Shown: one piece after another, positions 1 to 10,086 of the stretch | Layout of the letters: the number at the start of each line of letters is the position of its first letter | Position numbering within the stretch: position 1 is the first letter of the stretch | Source: an uncultured bacterium | GTDB taxonomy: Bacteria > Bacteroidota > Bacteroidia > Chitinophagales > Chitinophagaceae | Direction of reading: 5' to 3' | NCBI GenBank assembly: GCA_903920455.1 | Contig: CAIXLY010000079.1 | Coordinates: 25,937-89,936, forward strand | DNA length: 64,000 bases | Made by a program: the position numbers and the translations under genes | The notes under the pieces: generated by a model | Databases searched by the model: none | Told to the model about the DNA's origin: nothing | Seen by the model: only the letters and a program-made list of their open reading frames with translations

Positions 1-206
1 TTCATGCTGAGGCATTTCATAACATTTTGAAATGCAGTATGTGGTCCTGTGAATTCTATTGCAGCATCAACCTGAGCAAATTTATCAGGATTGAAATCTG
101 CTAGGGTGTCAATATCAATTTTGACATTAACCTGATGTCCTCTGGATAAAGCCACCTCCTCGATGATTTTCCCCATTTTACCATATCCCACCAATGCAAT
201 ATTCAT
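1..206 (-). CDS. dapB: 4-hydroxy-tetrahydrodipicolinate reductase, N-terminal part (runs off the window edge)
   Basis: Hand translation from ATG at 206: MNIALVGYGKMGKIIEEVALSRGH...DAAIEFTGP, the DapB Rossmann N-terminus. Not in the ORF track because it is truncated. Confidence 0.9.
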   Translation of the reverse strand, partial: MNIALVGYGKMGKIIEEVALSRGHQVNVKIDIDTLADFNPDKFAQVDAAIEFTGPHTAFQNVMKCLSM

Positions 207-258
207 ATACCTAGTTTAATTATCTATGAAGTTAATTTTTTGTTTGTTAATACAAAGC

Positions 259-897
259 TCATTTCGAACTCTTTTGGCGGCCAAAGTTTAGTGTTGCTGT
301 AAAGCCCATCTGTCCCACCGCAGGAGAAATGGTTGGAACTACCCTTAAACTGAGCTCATCACTGATGTCAAATGATTTTAAGTGTCCATCAACTGTAGCA
401 TCTATGATATTTATTCCCCAGAGAAGCAAGAATCCAAGAATAGAAAAATCCATTCCCTTTCTAAATTCATTTCTATACAACTTGAGTGATGAAGTTGAAA
501 GGGGTTGCAGCTCTGGAGCAATGTTGGGGAAGTTTGCACTATCTTTTGTTACCCTGGTTGTATATGCGAAACGTGTCTTGTTGTACCATGTACTGTTGTA
601 CCCGAAAGTACTAATGGGAATGGCCAGGATTCCATAAACGATAGGAACCTTCCAGTATTTTTTATTGTATACTTGACCAAAGCCTGGTAAAATGGCTGAC
701 CGGAGTGCGGCTTTGCTTGCGTTAGACCTTACTTTTTTTGTGGTGTCAGTTGAACTTTTTTTTATCCCAGTATCGCTTGCAATACTTAAAGTATCCTTTG
801 GGTCACCCTTCACTTGCCCCTGAGCAACTTGTCCAAACAGGCTAAAGGCGAGTAACAAATGCAGTATGGGGATGACCTTCTTCAAAGACTTTGTCAA
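259..897 (-). CDS. DUF5683-type membrane/secreted protein
   Basis: Signal-like N-terminus; RSAILPGFGQVYNKKYWKVPIVY motif; usual position between parB and dapB in Bacteroidota. Confidence 0.75.
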   Translation of the reverse strand: MTKSLKKVIPILHLLLAFSLFGQVAQGQVKGDPKDTLSIASDTGIKKSSTDTTKKVRSNASKAALRSAILPGFGQVYNKKYWKVPIVYGILAIPISTFGYNSTWYNKTRFAYTTRVTKDSANFPNIAPELQPLSTSSLKLYRNEFRKGMDFSILGFLLLWGINIIDATVDGHLKSFDISDELSLRVVPTISPAVGQMGFTATLNFGRQKSSK

Positions 898-1811
898 TGT
901 ATGCTTACTTTCATTTTTTCTAACAGGCCATTCAGCTCCTCAAGAGAGTAGTATTCTACAGAAATTTTTCCCCTCCCGCTATTATGATGTTCCAGCTTTA
1001 CTTTGGTGCCAAAATGATTGGTGAGCTGATCTTGTATTTTTTGGAATTGCCCTTGTGGTTTAGTTTGTTTTGCCTCAGCCTTTTTTGAAGGTTTGTACAA
1101 TTGTTTTACCAGATCTTCAGTTTGCCTAACAGAGAGTTTCTTTGCAACGATTGTTTGGTATACATAGAGTTGTTTATCCACTTCTCCTGCATTGATCAAT
1201 GCACGGGCATGTCCCATTGACAATGATCCATTTCTCACAGCGATTACAATATCTGGAGGAAGTTTTAGCATCCTGATATAATTGGATACAGTACTTCTGT
1301 CCATTCCCATCCTCGTTGCCACTTCTTCTTGGGTCATGGCACATTCATCCATCAGCCGTTGGTAGCTTAATCCTATTTCAATCGCATTGAGGTTTTCTCT
1401 TTGAAGATTTTCCAATAAACCAAGTTCGAGTATGGCTTTGTCATCAGCTTCACGCACGTATACGGGCACGTCTTTGATTTTTGCAAGCTTAGCTGCCCGC
1501 CACCTTCTTTCTCCTGCAATGAGTTTATATTTTCCTGAAGGCAATCTCTTTACCGTAAGTGGCTGAATAATATCGTGCAAACGAATGGATTGCGCGAGTT
1601 CTTCCAACGATGCTGGATCAAAATCTTGTCTTGGCTGTTTTGCGTTCGGGGTGATGTCTTCAAGAGGGATTCTTGAAACGGCGGTTGTTCTAATCACGGC
1701 TTCAGGCTGTAAGCCCCCTGAAGTATTTTTTATATCTGAATCTATGCTTCCCAACAGTGAACGAATTCCCCTGTTAAGCGCATCTTTTTTATTTGAAGAA
1801 TTATTACTCAT
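894..1811 (-). CDS. parB: ParB/Spo0J chromosome partitioning protein
   Basis: QPRQDF, LIAGERRWRAA (Arg patch), ENLQRENL and HTH RSTVSNYIR motifs. Confidence 0.97.
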   Translation of the reverse strand: MSNNSSNKKDALNRGIRSLLGSIDSDIKNTSGGLQPEAVIRTTAVSRIPLEDITPNAKQPRQDFDPASLEELAQSIRLHDIIQPLTVKRLPSGKYKLIAGERRWRAAKLAKIKDVPVYVREADDKAILELGLLENLQRENLNAIEIGLSYQRLMDECAMTQEEVATRMGMDRSTVSNYIRMLKLPPDIVIAVRNGSLSMGHARALINAGEVDKQLYVYQTIVAKKLSVRQTEDLVKQLYKPSKKAEAKQTKPQGQFQKIQDQLTNHFGTKVKLEHHNSGRGKISVEYYSLEELNGLLEKMKVSIH

Positions 1812-2616
1812 TGTCGAGATTTAATGTGCGATCAGCTTCCTTGATCTTGGTCATGTTATTTTTTTGAAGAATCTCTTTCGCCAGCGATAGGTATTGAATT
1901 GCACCTTTTGAGTCTGCATCATACAGAATAACCGGCTTCCCCACACTTGGAGCTTCACTCAATTTTGAATTTCTGTGGATGAGGACATCAAAAACCATCT
2001 CCTCAAAATGTCTTCTTACCTCACTCACAATCTGGTTACAGAGCCTGAGCCTGACATCGTACATGGTCATTAGAATTCCTTCTATTGCCAAGTTTGTATT
2101 TAGTCTGCTTTGAACAATTTTTATGGTATTCAATAATTTACCAAGACCTTCAAGTGCAAAGAATTCAGCTTGTACTGGAATCGCAACGGAATCTGATGCC
2201 ACAAGTGCATTTACTGTGATGAGTCCGAGTGAAGGAGAGCAATCAATGACGATGAAGTCATAGTCATCCCTTAACTCATCCAATATATTCTTGATGACAT
2301 TTTCACGGTTCGGATAATTAATCATTTCCAGCTCTGCCCCAACCAGGTCTATTTGAGAGGGAATAAGATCAAGGTTTGGTATTTCAGTTTTTAGGATAAC
2401 ATCTTTGGCCTTGACATCACTGACCATGCAATCATAAATGCTCTGTTGTATATTTTGCAGGTCAAATCCCACACCAGATGTTGTATTTGCTTGTGGATCT
2501 GCATCAACCAGCAAGGTTTTATATTCCAAGACAGCAAGGCTTGCTGCGAGGTTGATTGCCGTGGTTGTTTTACCAACTCCGCCTTTTTGATTTGCTACTC
2601 CTATGATACGAGCCAT
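1804..2616 (-). CDS. parA: ParA/Soj ATPase
   Basis: Deviant Walker A NQKGGVGKTTT, DADPQAN, IDCSPSLG; overlaps the parB start. Confidence 0.97.
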   Translation of the reverse strand: MARIIGVANQKGGVGKTTTAINLAASLAVLEYKTLLVDADPQANTTSGVGFDLQNIQQSIYDCMVSDVKAKDVILKTEIPNLDLIPSQIDLVGAELEMINYPNRENVIKNILDELRDDYDFIVIDCSPSLGLITVNALVASDSVAIPVQAEFFALEGLGKLLNTIKIVQSRLNTNLAIEGILMTMYDVRLRLCNQIVSEVRRHFEEMVFDVLIHRNSKLSEAPSVGKPVILYDADSKGAIQYLSLAKEILQKNNMTKIKEADRTLNLDNE

Positions 2617-2776
2617 GTCACTTGTAGTTTTACCTAAAATATCAAATATTTGCCGTTGTGCCTAGATCATTAAGATACAAATCTGTAGGAGGGAACTAAA
2701 TTTCCCATTCCCGCTCGGATATCCTTCCCTTAAGCCGGTTTGAAGAATTAATGACAGGATCACAAATTTACTGATT

Positions 2777-2791
2777 TGGCACCATTTTTGG
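2777..2791 (+). promoter_or_regulatory. Candidate sigma-54-type (-24/-12) promoter
   Basis: TGGCACC-ATTT-TTGG has the GG-N10-G spacing of TGGCACG-N4-TTGC and lies 46 nt upstream of the FMN reductase ATG. Confidence 0.35.
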
Positions 2792-2837
2792 GAACATTTA
2801 TGCTTAAAATAATGTTACTTACAAAACAAAAAGGCTG

Positions 2838-3338
2838 ATGTATACGATTATAGCAGGGACGAATAGGGCGGAAAGCAATTCACTTCAAATTGGGAAGATT
2901 TACAGCAGTGTTTTGCTCAGTAAGGGTATCCAATCATCTGTTTTTTCTCTAGAGGGTCTGGATTTGAATTCAAGAAGTGCAAGCATGATAGCCTTTGAAA
3001 ATGAGGTGCTTATTCCATGTAGCAAGTTCATTTTCGTGCTGCCAGAATACAATGGCAGCTACCCTGGCCTGTTTAAGTCACTAATTGACTTGAGCGATAT
3101 AAAAAGGTGTTGGCCAGGGAAAAAAGCGCTTTTGGTGGGAGTGGCCACCGGGAGAGGCGGCAATATCAGGGGCTTGGATCACGTCACCGGGGTATTGAAT
3201 TATATCAAAGTTATGGTTCACCCCAATAAGCTTCCACTTTCTGCAGTTGACAAAATCATGTCAGCAGATGGTGAAATTAATGACCTTCGAACAACCGCAT
3301 CTATAGATGAGCAGGTAACTGAATTTATTAACTGTTGA
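2838..3338 (+). CDS. NAD(P)H-dependent FMN reductase (flavodoxin-like)
   Basis: GTNRAES and PEYNGSYPGLFKSLID motifs, GRGGNIRGLDH. Confidence 0.88.
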   Translation: MYTIIAGTNRAESNSLQIGKIYSSVLLSKGIQSSVFSLEGLDLNSRSASMIAFENEVLIPCSKFIFVLPEYNGSYPGLFKSLIDLSDIKRCWPGKKALLVGVATGRGGNIRGLDHVTGVLNYIKVMVHPNKLPLSAVDKIMSADGEINDLRTTASIDEQVTEFINC

Positions 3339-3340
3339 GT

Positions 3341-4588
3341 ATGAAAAAATTGTTGGGTTCTTGGATGTTCATTGGATTTATGCTTTTGATTGATTTCTAT
3401 GTTTTTCAGTCCCTACGGGTCGTTACTGCATCCTTTCCTGTTAAATTGAAGTGGGCAGTACACATTTTTTATTGGTCGTTTACAGTAGTGGCGGTTATTA
3501 TATTTTTGACCCTGCCATACATTCAATTCAACCATCTTCCTGGATTTATCAGGAACTATGTGTTTGCTTTTGTGGTTGGTTTTTTTATTGCCAAAGTTTT
3601 AGCAGCACTGTTTTTCTTAGTGGATGATCTTAGAAGGGTACTTCAATGGAGTGGAGGCAAGGCAATTTCCATGTTATCAGATAGGCCCTCTGCTGATTCA
3701 GTTGGAATTACCAGATCAATTTTCTTATCCTGGCTTGGGGTGAGCGTTGGAGGAGGGTTATTCGGTTCCTTGGTGTATGGAATGGGAAACAAGTATAAGT
3801 ACAAGGTGGAGAAGATTAAACTGAATTTTGCCAATCTGCCTGATGCCTTTAGGGGATTAAAAATTGTTCATATTTCAGACATTCATTCAGGAAGCTTAGA
3901 AGACAAGCGCGCTGTTGAATTGGGTGTTCAAAAGATCATAGACCGTCAAGCAGATATCGTTTTTTTTACAGGAGATATTGTAAATAATTTAGCCTCAGAA
4001 ATGGAAGGGTTCATTGATGTTTTCTCCAAAATTAAGGCTCCAATGGGGGTATACAGTATTCTTGGAAATCATGATTATGGTGATTATTATCAATGGAAAA
4101 CCAAAGAGGATAAAAATGCCAATCTGGATAGACTGAAGCAAATACATGCTGAAATGGGATGGCGTCTATTGCTTAACGAAAATGTATCAATCGATAGAGA
4201 GGGTCAGTCTATTTCCTTGATTGGTATTGAGAATTGGGGGGCAAAAGCAAATTTTAGCAGGTACGGAGATCTTAAAAAGGCATATGAGGGTAGTGATATA
4301 CATCCTTTCAAAATCTTGCTCAGTCATGATCCCAGCCATTGGGAAGCAGAAGTTTGTCCACATTACAAAGACATCGATCTTACCTTGTCTGGACACACAC
4401 ATGGAATGCAATTTGGTGTAGAAATTCCAGGATTCAGGTGGAGCCCTGTGCAATATGTTTACAAACATTGGGCTGGGGTTTACAAAAAACATCATCAACA
4501 TCTGTATGTCAATCGTGGGTTTGGTTTTCTAGGCTATCCTGGAAGGGTTGGTATTTTACCTGAAATAACTTTCATTGACCTTGTCTAA
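3341..4588 (+). CDS. Membrane-anchored metallophosphoesterase (YkuE/YaeI-like)
   Basis: Several N-terminal TM segments, then DIH, GD, GNHD, SH and GHTHG calcineurin-like motifs. ATG start taken at 3341. Confidence 0.9.
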   Translation: MKKLLGSWMFIGFMLLIDFYVFQSLRVVTASFPVKLKWAVHIFYWSFTVVAVIIFLTLPYIQFNHLPGFIRNYVFAFVVGFFIAKVLAALFFLVDDLRRVLQWSGGKAISMLSDRPSADSVGITRSIFLSWLGVSVGGGLFGSLVYGMGNKYKYKVEKIKLNFANLPDAFRGLKIVHISDIHSGSLEDKRAVELGVQKIIDRQADIVFFTGDIVNNLASEMEGFIDVFSKIKAPMGVYSILGNHDYGDYYQWKTKEDKNANLDRLKQIHAEMGWRLLLNENVSIDREGQSISLIGIENWGAKANFSRYGDLKKAYEGSDIHPFKILLSHDPSHWEAEVCPHYKDIDLTLSGHTHGMQFGVEIPGFRWSPVQYVYKHWAGVYKKHHQHLYVNRGFGFLGYPGRVGILPEITFIDLV

Positions 4589-4676
4589 TTTTTAACTGTT
4601 GTTTTAATCTAATCCGCTTACTTTGCTTGAGAATATCGAGGCAATGATTGAATACAAACGAAAGATGCGCTTAGGA

Positions 4677-5696
4677 ATGAACAGAAAAATAATCACTTCT
4701 TTACTGGTCATCTTCCTCTCAATTTCTTTTTATCATCCCTCTGAGGCGCAAGTAATTTCAGACGACAGTCTTTTTGCAGCGCAAGATTTTTCTGCATTAC
4801 GAAATGATACACTCCTTGCCGAATTAAGATTATTGTTGGATTCAATGGGACAGCAAGGCAGTTTTTTTTCTGTAACTACTTCAGTCAGCAACCGTCTTTT
4901 CAGTGCAAAAAACAATGCCTTCAATTCACAGCAAACCAATTCCGGGGTAACTGCATTTATGCCATCCATTGCTTATTTTCATAAGTCTGGTTTTGGTCTG
5001 AGTGGAACAGGTTATGTTAGGGCTATTGATGGTTCACCAGCTTTCTATCAGATGGCATTGTCGCCTTCATATGATAAGATTGGAAAGAAGATCATCTATG
5101 GGATTTCCTATTCATATTACATCAAGCAGCAAGACTTAGCATCCTCAGCAACGCCCTACAATCATGAGTGGTATGCTTATGTTCAGGCAAAAAAACTATG
5201 GTTGAAGCCTGCACTAGCAGTTGGTTGGGCTAGTGGTAAGTATCAGGATGTTTCAAGTACCATTGTGACTCGCTTCGGCGCTCCGAGATTGGTCGTGGAT
5301 ACTTCAGATGTTCGACTAAAAGATTTGTCTTTAAGTGCTTCTCTATCGCATTCATTTTCCTTTACCAAGGTATTCTCTAAAAAGGGACTGCTTGCAATAG
5401 TGCCTCAATTAAGTTTGATTGGGGGTATTCAAAATTATTCTGCAACAAGCAAATCATTGATTCGGCTTGATCATTCAAGAGAGGATGAGCTCAGGAGGGT
5501 AAGAAAGCGTTATAAGGTTTCATCCTCATCCTCATCAACAATGTCTCTTCAAACTGCAGCTTTATCTACCAATGTCAGTTGGTATAAAGGGGCATTTTCA
5601 ATTTCAACAGGATATTTCCTTGGTTATTACTTTAATAGTTCGGCAAGCAGCCAGTTCTCTCATATTTTCAATGTGGGTCTTGGGTTTACGTTTTAG
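4677..5696 (+). CDS. Hypothetical outer-membrane beta-barrel protein
   Basis: Signal peptide from ATG 4677, alternating amphipathic strands, C-terminal GLGFTF aromatic signature, internal Ser6 run. Confidence 0.6.
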   Translation: MNRKIITSLLVIFLSISFYHPSEAQVISDDSLFAAQDFSALRNDTLLAELRLLLDSMGQQGSFFSVTTSVSNRLFSAKNNAFNSQQTNSGVTAFMPSIAYFHKSGFGLSGTGYVRAIDGSPAFYQMALSPSYDKIGKKIIYGISYSYYIKQQDLASSATPYNHEWYAYVQAKKLWLKPALAVGWASGKYQDVSSTIVTRFGAPRLVVDTSDVRLKDLSLSASLSHSFSFTKVFSKKGLLAIVPQLSLIGGIQNYSATSKSLIRLDHSREDELRRVRKRYKVSSSSSSTMSLQTAALSTNVSWYKGAFSISTGYFLGYYFNSSASSQFSHIFNVGLGFTF

Positions 5697-5778
5697 TATT
5701 TCTTTATCATCTATTCATTGATTTACATTTTTCTGACATCTACCTTTATCATCATTTAGAATATTTAAAACATTATTT

Positions 5779-6360
5779 ATGAAAACAGCAATACTCGCAG
5801 CATTTTTCTTTCTTCTTGCTGGCGCAATCCATGCCCAAGGATTTAAGCTAGGCGTAAAAGCAGGTGCAAATATTTCTGGGATGTCCGGATTATCTTTTAA
5901 AGAAGGGTTTAAGTTTGGCTATCATGCGGGGGTAGTATCAGAAATTATGTTCACAAAAAAAATAGGAATTCAACCCGAGTTTTTGTTTAGTGAAAACAGG
6001 CTGAGGACTGGAAATGATTTTTCAAATATTTACACACAAGCATTGCCCAATATCACCAATATCAAATTAACCTACTTGGCTATACCTGTACTGTTTAATT
6101 ATAAACCAATCAAGTTGATTTCTGTCCAAATGGGGCCACAATTTGGTATACTGCTTAACCAGACAAAATCTCTCGCCAGCAATGCTGGGGAAGCATTTAA
6201 AGCTCGCGATTTTTCTCTTCTAACGGGCCTACAGATCAACCTGCCTATTGTAAGGGTCTACGGTCGTTATGCCATTGGGCTGAGCAATCTTAATGATATT
6301 GATAATCAGGATAAGTGGAAAAGTACCGCCCTGCAAGTTGGTGTCGTGCTTGCTTTATAA
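5779..6360 (+). CDS. Porin-family/PorT-like small outer-membrane beta-barrel protein
   Basis: Signal peptide; GVKAGAN, IQPEFLFS and YLAIPVLFNY motifs typical of Bacteroidota 8-stranded OMPs. Confidence 0.8.
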   Translation: MKTAILAAFFFLLAGAIHAQGFKLGVKAGANISGMSGLSFKEGFKFGYHAGVVSEIMFTKKIGIQPEFLFSENRLRTGNDFSNIYTQALPNITNIKLTYLAIPVLFNYKPIKLISVQMGPQFGILLNQTKSLASNAGEAFKARDFSLLTGLQINLPIVRVYGRYAIGLSNLNDIDNQDKWKSTALQVGVVLAL

Positions 6361-6380
6361 ATCCATATTCCCATTTTTAG

Positions 6381-6410
6381 AAGTCTTGGTTTTGCCAAGA
6401 CTTTTTTATT
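6381..6410 (+). terminator. Rho-independent terminator
   Basis: Stem AAGTCTTGG/CCAAGACTT, loop TTTTG, followed by a T-run, 20 nt after the OMP stop. Confidence 0.75.
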
Positions 6411-6424
6411 GGCATCAAACTTGT
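6410..6424 (+). promoter_or_regulatory. Candidate sigma-54-type promoter upstream of lon
   Basis: TGGCATC-AAAC-TTGT with -24/-12 spacing. Confidence 0.35.
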
Positions 6425-6498
6425 GATATATGCTTAACAGTAGATAATCTTATGGATTAATACTACACTTGTGTCATATTGTCGCAAATGAAAAATTT

Positions 6499-8901
6499 AT
6501 GGAATTAAAGATGAATTACCTCCAGCAGGAAGATGAGATGGACTTCATGCCCATTATTGCGTTAAATGAAAACGACGGCGAAGGTGCAGATGAAACCCCT
6601 ATACCAGCTGAATTGCCATTGCTACCATTGAGAAATACAGTGCTTTTTCCTGGGGTAGTGATTCCGATTACGGTCGGAAGAGATAAATCAATTAAAGCCA
6701 TTGCCGAGTCGTACAAGACTGACAAATTGGTAGGTGTTCTTTCACAGAAAGATAGCCTAGTTGAGGATCCTGGTGTTGGGGATCTCGTTCAGGTAGGAAC
6801 TGTGGCAAAGATCATCAAGTTGATTAAAATGCCTGATGGGGGCACTACTGCCATCCTGCAAGGGAAAAAGCGGTTTAGTCTAATAAAAGTCACCTCTGAG
6901 GATCCTTATTTTAAGGGAGAGGTGAGGGTGTTAACAGAAGAGCTAATTTCTGATGATCAGTCGTTTGATGCCACTGTTGCATCCATCAAGGATTTGGCGG
7001 GGCAGATTATTCAATTGTCGCCAAACATTCCTACTGAAGCCTCGATTATTCTTCGAAATATTGAAAGCACCTCTTTTTTAATTCACTTCGTAGGAAGCAA
7101 CCTGAATTGTGAGCTTTCCGAGAAGCAGTTGCTCCTCGAGACCAATGACATGCGGAAAAGGGCAGAAATGCTACTTAATCTTCTTCAAAAGGAACTCCAA
7201 TTTGTTGAGTTAAAAAACAAGGTTACTACCAAGACGAAAACAGAGTTGGATAAGCAGCAAAGAGATTATTTTTTGCAACAACAGTTAAAGAGCATTAAGG
7301 AAGAGCTCGGCGGTGATTCCAACGATCGTGAGCTGCAGCAAATGAAGAAAAAGGCTGAGTCTAAAAAGTGGCCTAGTTCAGCGAAAGAGCTTTTCCAAAA
7401 AGAGATAGAGAAGCTGGAACGCATGCATTCAAGTACACCAGATTATTCAACTGTTTATAATCACGTTGATCTTATGCTTGATCTTCCTTGGGAAGAATAT
7501 ACAGCAGACAGTTATGATCTGAGAAAAGCAAAAAAGATTCTTGATAAAGATCATTATGGCATGCATAAAATCAAGGAAAGAATTCTTGAATATCTCGCTG
7601 TACTGAAATTAAAAGGGGATATGAAAAGTCCAATTCTTTGCTTTATCGGTCCTCCTGGAATTGGTAAAACCTCTCTGGGCAAGAGCATTGCCAGTGCCAT
7701 AGGCAGAAAGTATACGAGGTTTAGTTTAGGCGGATTGCATGATGAGAGTGAAATAAGGGGTCACAGGAAAACATATATTGGCGCCATGCCTGGGCGTATA
7801 CTCCAATCTATCAGAAAGGTAAAGTCGTCAAACCCTGTGATGATACTCGATGAGATTGATAAGGTGGGTAAAGACTTTCGCGGAGATCCTTCCTCAGCCT
7901 TATTGGAAGTATTGGATCCTGAGCAGAACAGCAGTTTTTATGATAATTACCTAGAGCTGGAATATGATTTGAGTAAGGTGCTTTTTATCGCTACTGCCAA
8001 TGATCTTCAAGGGATACAGCCGGCACTAAGAGATAGGCTTGAGGTAATCGATCTTACGGGATATGCGGTAGAAGAAAAGGAAAAAATTGCACAAACACAT
8101 CTTCTTCCAAAGCAAAAACAACTCCATGGCCTAAAGGATTATTCACTTAAGATAGGTACTAAGGTGATGACCTATATCATCGAAAATTATACCAGAGAGA
8201 GCGGGGTTAGGGAATTGGATAGGCAACTTGCCAGCATCATGAGAAGTTTGGCCAAGGATGTAGCCATAAAAGGCAAGATAAGGCCTACCATCACCCAGAA
8301 TGATGTGATTCGAATATTGGGTAAGCCTAAATACAGCAATGAGATTTATAAAACGGCAAATATGCCAGGGGTAGCTGTTGGGCTTGCCTGGACTTATGTT
8401 GGAGGAGATATTCTTTTTATTGAATCTACCCTCAGCGAGGGGAAGGGAGACTTGCAGCTCACTGGCAATTTAGGAACTGTGATGAAGGAGAGTGCAATGA
8501 CGGCCTTGACTTACCTGAATGCCAATGCAAAAAAGTGTGGTATTGATCCTGAGCAGTTGAGAAAGAAGAATATTCATATTCATGTTCCCGAAGGCGCTGT
8601 GCCAAAGGATGGTCCAAGTGCTGGAATCACAATGATGACTGCACTGGCTTCCTGTTTTACTGGGCGCAGGGTAAAGCCTTATTTGGCAATGACTGGAGAG
8701 ATAACCCTAAGAGGACAGGTACTTCCTGTTGGAGGAATCAAGGAAAAGGTCTTGGCTGCCAAGCGTGCGGGATTAAGAGAAATCATCATGTGTTCTCAAA
8801 ATGAGAAAGATGTCTTAGAGATTAACAGTGAATTTATAAAAGGGATAATATTCCATTACGTAAAAAATATGCAACAAGTTCTTGAGCTGGCCCTGGTCTG
8901 A
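6499..8901 (+). CDS. lon: ATP-dependent protease La
   Basis: LON N-domain [11 protein letters not shown], Walker [17 protein letters not shown] (catalytic Ser), GGIKEK (catalytic Lys). ATG start taken at 6499. Confidence 0.98.
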   Translation: MELKMNYLQQEDEMDFMPIIALNENDGEGADETPIPAELPLLPLRNTVLFPGVVIPITVGRDKSIKAIAESYKTDKLVGVLSQKDSLVEDPGVGDLVQVGTVAKIIKLIKMPDGGTTAILQGKKRFSLIKVTSEDPYFKGEVRVLTEELISDDQSFDATVASIKDLAGQIIQLSPNIPTEASIILRNIESTSFLIHFVGSNLNCELSEKQLLLETNDMRKRAEMLLNLLQKELQFVELKNKVTTKTKTELDKQQRDYFLQQQLKSIKEELGGDSNDRELQQMKKKAESKKWPSSAKELFQKEIEKLERMHSSTPDYSTVYNHVDLMLDLPWEEYTADSYDLRKAKKILDKDHYGMHKIKERILEYLAVLKLKGDMKSPILCFIGPPGIGKTSLGKSIASAIGRKYTRFSLGGLHDESEIRGHRKTYIGAMPGRILQSIRKVKSSNPVMILDEIDKVGKDFRGDPSSALLEVLDPEQNSSFYDNYLELEYDLSKVLFIATANDLQGIQPALRDRLEVIDLTGYAVEEKEKIAQTHLLPKQKQLHGLKDYSLKIGTKVMTYIIENYTRESGVRELDRQLASIMRSLAKDVAIKGKIRPTITQNDVIRILGKPKYSNEIYKTANMPGVAVGLAWTYVGGDILFIESTLSEGKGDLQLTGNLGTVMKESAMTALTYLNANAKKCGIDPEQLRKKNIHIHVPEGAVPKDGPSAGITMMTALASCFTGRRVKPYLAMTGEITLRGQVLPVGGIKEKVLAAKRAGLREIIMCSQNEKDVLEINSEFIKGIIFHYVKNMQQVLELALV

Positions 8902-8997
8902 TTTTTTTTATCGAATTGCCAAACATTTTATAAGCAGCTGATGTTTAATAGGTCTAAGAGACTAGTGCTCTTAAGTTGGTTGTTTTAAGGGTTACAG

Positions 8998-9030
8998 AAT
9001 CTCCCCCATTTTTATGGGGGATTTTCATTT
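8998..9030 (+). terminator. Probable terminator hairpin after lon
   Basis: AATC(T)CCCCCAT-TTTT-ATGGGGGATT followed by TTTC. Confidence 0.6.
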
Positions 9031-9057
9031 GTGAGAACGTATGATTAATTTAGACGG

Positions 9058-10086
9058 ATGACTAGGCCACTTATCATCATTGCACTCATTCTACTATACT
9101 TTTCTCCGGGGGTTAATGGTCAAACCATAGGAGGAAATTCTACCTTTAGTTTTTTGCGCATGCAACTCCATCCACAAGCTGGGGCTCTTGGGGGCAGAAA
9201 CCTGTCTATGATATCGGGAGATCTTGGTCTCGTTTCCGAAAACCCTGCCTTATTAACAAAGTCGCATCACTCCAGTCTTTCTGCAAATTTTATATTTCTT
9301 GCACCTTCTATCACCGGACTTTACTGTGTTGGGGCCTTTCATTGGAAAAAGACAGCAACCACATTCAGTCTTGGGCTGCAACACATCCTATATGGAAGCC
9401 AGCTTCAAACAGACGCTGCAGGCCTGGTGTTGGGGGAATTTAGAGCCTACGACCAAATGATTGGGCTGACTGCTTCAAGGAGATATGGCAAACGTTGGAG
9501 TTATGGAACAACAATGAAACTGATCAATTCTAGGTATGGGGCATATTCAAGCTTGGCGGTTGCATCCGACGTAGGGGTAACTTACCATCATGAGGAGAAG
9601 CAGTTGAAGATTGGATTTGTTGCAAAAAACATGGGGGTTCAAATGAAAACATTTTCTGGAGTCGGAGAGGATTTGCCATTTGATATGTTGATTGGGGTAA
9701 CGAAGCAGCTGGAAGGTGCGCCTCTTAGATTTTCGATTACTGCACAGCGAATTCATCAGTTCGATCTACTCTATAACGATACATTATTTGCATCGGAAAA
9801 TTACGGGAATAGGGAAAAGACAGGTTTCGGAACAAAGCTCCTAAGCCATTTGATTATGGGAACGGACTTATTGATTGGGGAGAAAATCGTAATCAGCGCT
9901 GGATACAATGTGTTAAGAAGAAGGGAGCTTAGGCTCAGGAATCTTGCCAGCGGACTAACTGGCTTCAGTTATGGCCTCCAGCTTAATCTGCAGCGGTTGA
10001 AATTTTATTTTTCAAGATCACATTATCAGAGTTCCTTATCACAAAACCAAGTTTCAATGTCTTTCAGACTTCAGTCAAAAGAGTGA
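9058..10086 (+). CDS. porQ: Type IX secretion system protein PorQ (PorV-like barrel family)
   Basis: Signal peptide; GGNSTFSFL...ALGG...ENPALL N-terminal motif, GYNxLRRxEL near the C-terminus; conserved position after lon. Confidence 0.75.
   Translation: MTRPLIIIALILLYFSPGVNGQTIGGNSTFSFLRMQLHPQAGALGGRNLSMISGDLGLVSENPALLTKSHHSSLSANFIFLAPSITGLYCVGAFHWKKTATTFSLGLQHILYGSQLQTDAAGLVLGEFRAYDQMIGLTASRRYGKRWSYGTTMKLINSRYGAYSSLAVASDVGVTYHHEEKQLKIGFVAKNMGVQMKTFSGVGEDLPFDMLIGVTKQLEGAPLRFSITAQRIHQFDLLYNDTLFASENYGNREKTGFGTKLLSHLIMGTDLLIGEKIVISAGYNVLRRRELRLRNLASGLTGFSYGLQLNLQRLKFYFSRSHYQSSLSQNQVSMSFRLQSKE

Noticed and set aside
894-2838. parS site or oriC near parAB
   Set aside because: I found no TGTTTCACGTGAAACA-like palindrome and no DnaA-box cluster by eye; only half-sites inside lpxB and sucB. 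The parAB-DUF5683-dapB order is ordinary for Bacteroidota.
9058-10086. porQ beside lon as a novel linkage
   Set aside because: As I recall, this adjacency is common in Bacteroidota.
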